Shown: one piece after another, positions 60,521 through 64,000 of the stretch | Layout: the number at the start of each line of letters is the position of its first letter | Numbering within the stretch: position 1 is the first letter of the stretch | Assembly (NCBI RefSeq): GCF_018350175.1 | Contig: NC_058368.1 | Location: forward strand, 225,744,001 to 225,808,000 | Source: Felis catus | Lineage: Eukaryota | Direction: 5' to 3' | DNA: 64,000 nt | The notes under the pieces: model-generated | Told to the model about the DNA's origin: nothing | The model's input: only the letters and a program-made list of their open reading frames with translations | Databases searched by the model: none | Position numbers and translations under genes: made by a program

Positions 60521-62009
60521 ATTTTGCTGTGAAGGATACATTTGATTGAATTAAATGATTTAGTTTAGAAAAAATATACACTTAAATTCAGATAAGTGTA
60601 TCTGAGTGTGGGTAAGTCTTCGGCTGAAGATGTCTGGACTGGCCTGGGAATGAAACACTACTATTCAGGTCTCTGTCCTGCCAAAATAAAAATCCAAATA
60701 GGCTTTTATTCCCTTTTTTCCCCCCAAAATAATAATTGAGCACTATTCTGTAGTCATGCATTGTACGATGGAGAGTCAAAGCCCTTTTCTTCCTCTCTGT
60801 CGGGAAAGAACAGCCCCATTCAGTGACTGATAGATAGCGAGCTCTCAGCCAGAGCTGCTGAGACTTGGTCTGGAAAGTTTCTCGAGTTCTTCATCCGGAT
60901 TCCGATCCGTTGGATTCATTTTTTAAAATTGTGCTTTGAAAATTAGACCAGTTTGAAGACCAGTATGGAACAAAGGACTCTAAGCAGTTTTTAAAGCTAG
61001 TTTGGAGGAAGGACACGATACGGAGAATTCTGCCTCTTCTCTCTTCACCGTCAATGGTGTATATATATATACATACAAAACTATTTACAAATTTTTGAAA
61101 ATGGCTCCTGCCAGACATTTAGGGGCCGTTCTTGTCTCTCAGGAGTCCGTCAAACTAAAGTAGGGCACATGGGTTGAATGTGAGTTCCAGAGAAAAGCAC
61201 TCCCTGAAATTGACATGGACCCTCCTGACGGCAGCCGATACATTTCTTGAAGCATTAAAAATAAAACCAAACAGGAAGTGCATTTCACAGCCCACTGGCT
61301 TCACTGACAAGGGCAGTAAATTGTTAGACCTGTTTCTGGTCGCGTATTCCTTTCATGAGTACCATAGTCTCCTTGTATCCAGGCAGATTTATCACGTCAA
61401 AACCTGGACAGAAAACCAGGGGTCAGGGCTTCCTGAGTCTGGGATAGCAGCCATCAGGGGAGCCCTAAGTGACTTAAAACTCAGGGCTTCTTAAGTGAAA
61501 GACACTCAATATTATGTTTTCTTATAATTTACAATTTTTGTGTATGATAGTTTCTTTAATGTCACTCCGTAATTGGTTTATAACCTGAGTTCAGTCACCC
61601 CCGTTTTTAGAATTATTTTAGAGCTGCTTCATATTTGCATACTTAAAAGTGTGAGTACGCTGCCATTTCCCATGTCAGCACCTTGAGTCTGTACGAACAC
61701 TTGAAAGCAGATGAAAATTTCAACTCCGATCATTTTAATCCATGTTTCAGTTTCTCTTAACTCCATGCTTATTGGATTTGATTAGGTAGTAGATCCTGAG
61801 TTATTGAGGGTTTGAAAATATAATTCATTTATAAATATATTTTAAAAATTAAGCTAGACTAATTAATGCTGCCTTCTAGCATTCTTGCTTCATTAGATTT
61901 TAATAACTGGAGAAAGAAGAATGATTAGTGGTTAACACTTCTCTTAACTTACCCTGGCCTATGTTGCGGTTATTTGAATATAAATTAAGACTTCACAGAC
62001 AGTTGGAAG

Positions 62010-62260
62010 TTTCTATCTGCCTCTCGGTCTCTTTGATTTTTTTTTTTCTTTTTTCATGCCTCTCTGTCTCTTTCTCTTGGTCTCTCTCTGCCTCTCTTTT
62101 GTTCCTCTCTGTTTCTTGGTATTTTTTTTTTCTCTTTGTCTCTCTCTCTCTTTTTTTTTTTCTTTTTCTTTTTTTCTTTTTAGGTCATTCCTGGGAGAAA
62201 GGAAATCTGGGGGTTTTTTTCCTATTTTTTTTTTCTCTTTGTCTCTTTCTTTACTGTTCC
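62010..62260. repeat. T/CT-rich low-complexity polypyrimidine tract
   Basis: Runs of T and (CT)n; source of the F/S/L-rich pseudo-ORFs. Confidence 0.85.
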
Positions 62261-62482
62261 CAAACATGTCTATTTATAATCCTGCTTGCCTAATAGCATT
62301 TAAAATATATTTTCCCCCTGATTTTAAAAGTAGTACCCACTAATATAGAACACTAAAAATATAGGAAACCTGTAAAGAAGAAAACCTAAATCCTGTAGAA
62401 ATCCACCACCCAGAAATTAAACTCACTTCCAATTTTGTTTGTTTTCTTCCAGTCTTTTCATGAAATTATATGTGTGGGTTTG

Positions 62483-62860
62483 TTCATTCATCCTTTCAAA
62501 CAGACTTTTATTGAGTGCCTTAATTGCTGGTACTTCTAGGCATCTGTGGAAGAAAAAAAACCAACAAACTCGTTCCTCCTAGAGTTCATATTCTAGTGAC
62601 TGAGCCAGAAGATAAATTGCTACACTACATAATGTTACATGGTGAACCACGTTTAAGGAAACTAAACCCAGATGAAGGGATTAGGGTGTGTGAGGGTGGG
62701 CAGGGAGGGACAAATTATAATCAAGTGCTCGAGAAAGACTTCACTGAGGATTTTTGAGCATAGACTAGAAAGTGAGTTGTGAGTCCTGTCTGAATAAAGA
62801 GCTTCTAGGCTCTGGGAACACTCAGTGCAAAGGCCCTGAGGCAGGAGCTATAGATGAGGG
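62483..62860 (-). mobile_element. L2 3' end
   Basis: TTCATTCATCCTTTCAAACAGACTTTTATTGAGTGCCT terminus; CAGTGCAAAGGCCCTGAGGCAGGA. Confidence 0.75.
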
Positions 62861-64000
62861 TGATTTTTTTTTATTTTATACCGTAAGTTTTTTTTTTTTT
62901 TTTTTAAGCAGCCATAGTAACTGGAATAAATGGGATATTATGCAGTTAATTAAGATCATGTTATAGAAGAGGATTTACTGATGTGAAAATTTCCCCTTTG
63001 TTGCTAATTGTGTAAAAAAGAAACCCAAAAAACTATAGGTTTAAATAAGTACGGGAAGGTATAACGTACGGTGCCTCATAATTATTTGCTGTCACATACG
63101 TGGTGTCTCTGTGTGAGGGGAATACAGGTGATTTTTATTTTCTTGATTTGGCTTATCCTTACTACGTTTCTCTTTCTGTAGTGAACATGGTAGCTTTTAT
63201 CATGAAGAGAGACAGTCGGGGGGGGGGTCCCATCACGCAGGATGAGGTCTGTGACTGTGCATGTTGGAGGCGACTCAACAGAAGGCTGCAGGCAGTCAGT
63301 TTGCCCAAGTGCCTAATGGCTCCGGCTCCAGAGCTGCCGTCCAGAGACAGGGCTCTGGTTACCAGGAGAGGGACTGGCACGGCCCAGTCATTGGAAACAA
63401 AGGTCAGGGCCGAAGTCCAGAGACACAGCTGGGCTCAAAGGAAGGATGGAGCCTCAGAAATCAGAGGCATTACAGGGGGGCCCTGCTCAGGCCAGGTGCC
63501 ACTTCACGCCAAGTCTCAAGGGATTGGGGTGAAGAAGAAGTGGTCACGTGTTGTGAAGTAATAAACCGAAGCGATTGACTTCCAAGATCAGGCGGTGTCC
63601 GAGGGGTGGAGTAAAAGTTCTTGAATTCTTTCTTTCTGAGACTTTGCCACAGGCCCGAGGTTGAGCCTCCAGGCATAGGTGAGGGGTCTAACCGCGTAGT
63701 CTCATGATTGAGGCATGCTCCGAGAGAGCTTTTACTTCAGCAAGATTTGGAAACTCTTTGTATCATCCAGACTAGGATTTGTATCTCTATCTTTGTGCTC
63801 CCGACGATAATCTTTGGGCAATTTAAGCAAGAATGAATCTGAGAAGACGTTATGTTCTCTCGTGAACGACCCATCCCAGCCAAGTTCTGTATATGTAAAT
63901 ATACATACATTGAAATTACATATACATGTGTTCCCAATTTTTTTTTTTTTTGCGGTCTATAAAAATGGTACCGTATTTATGTAGCCTTCTAGAACTAATG

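Overview
Mammalian genomic DNA from a felid, judged by the abundant cat-type CanSINEs (SINEC_Fc) and L1_Fc 3' ends. The window holds the 5' part of RETREG1 (FAM134B, the reticulon-homology-domain ER-phagy receptor) on the + strand. It has a CpG-island promoter (~13.6-14.65 kb), coding exon 1 (ATG 13995 to 14287), a ~33 kb intron 1, exon 2 (47358-47464, 107 nt), exon 3 (54746-54776, 31 nt) and the start of intron 3. All splice sites are GT-AG with consistent phases. The first ~13.5 kb is intergenic. The rest is mostly interspersed repeats (about 30 CanSINEs, L1, L2, L3/CR1, MIR, MLT1/MLT2/MER21 LTRs, hAT MITEs) and microsatellites; nearly all other track ORFs are spurious. Repeat subfamily names come from recalled consensus sequences and old-repeat boundaries are approximate. 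I found no convincing new system. The best leads are: a 119-codon RG/RGG-rich alternative-frame ORF formed by splicing exon 1 to exon 2; an ATG-initiated 419-codon antisense ORF over the promoter; an intron-3 cluster of UPRE/CLEAR-like motifs; a GC-shifted old LTR domain; and nested or same-site SINE insertions.
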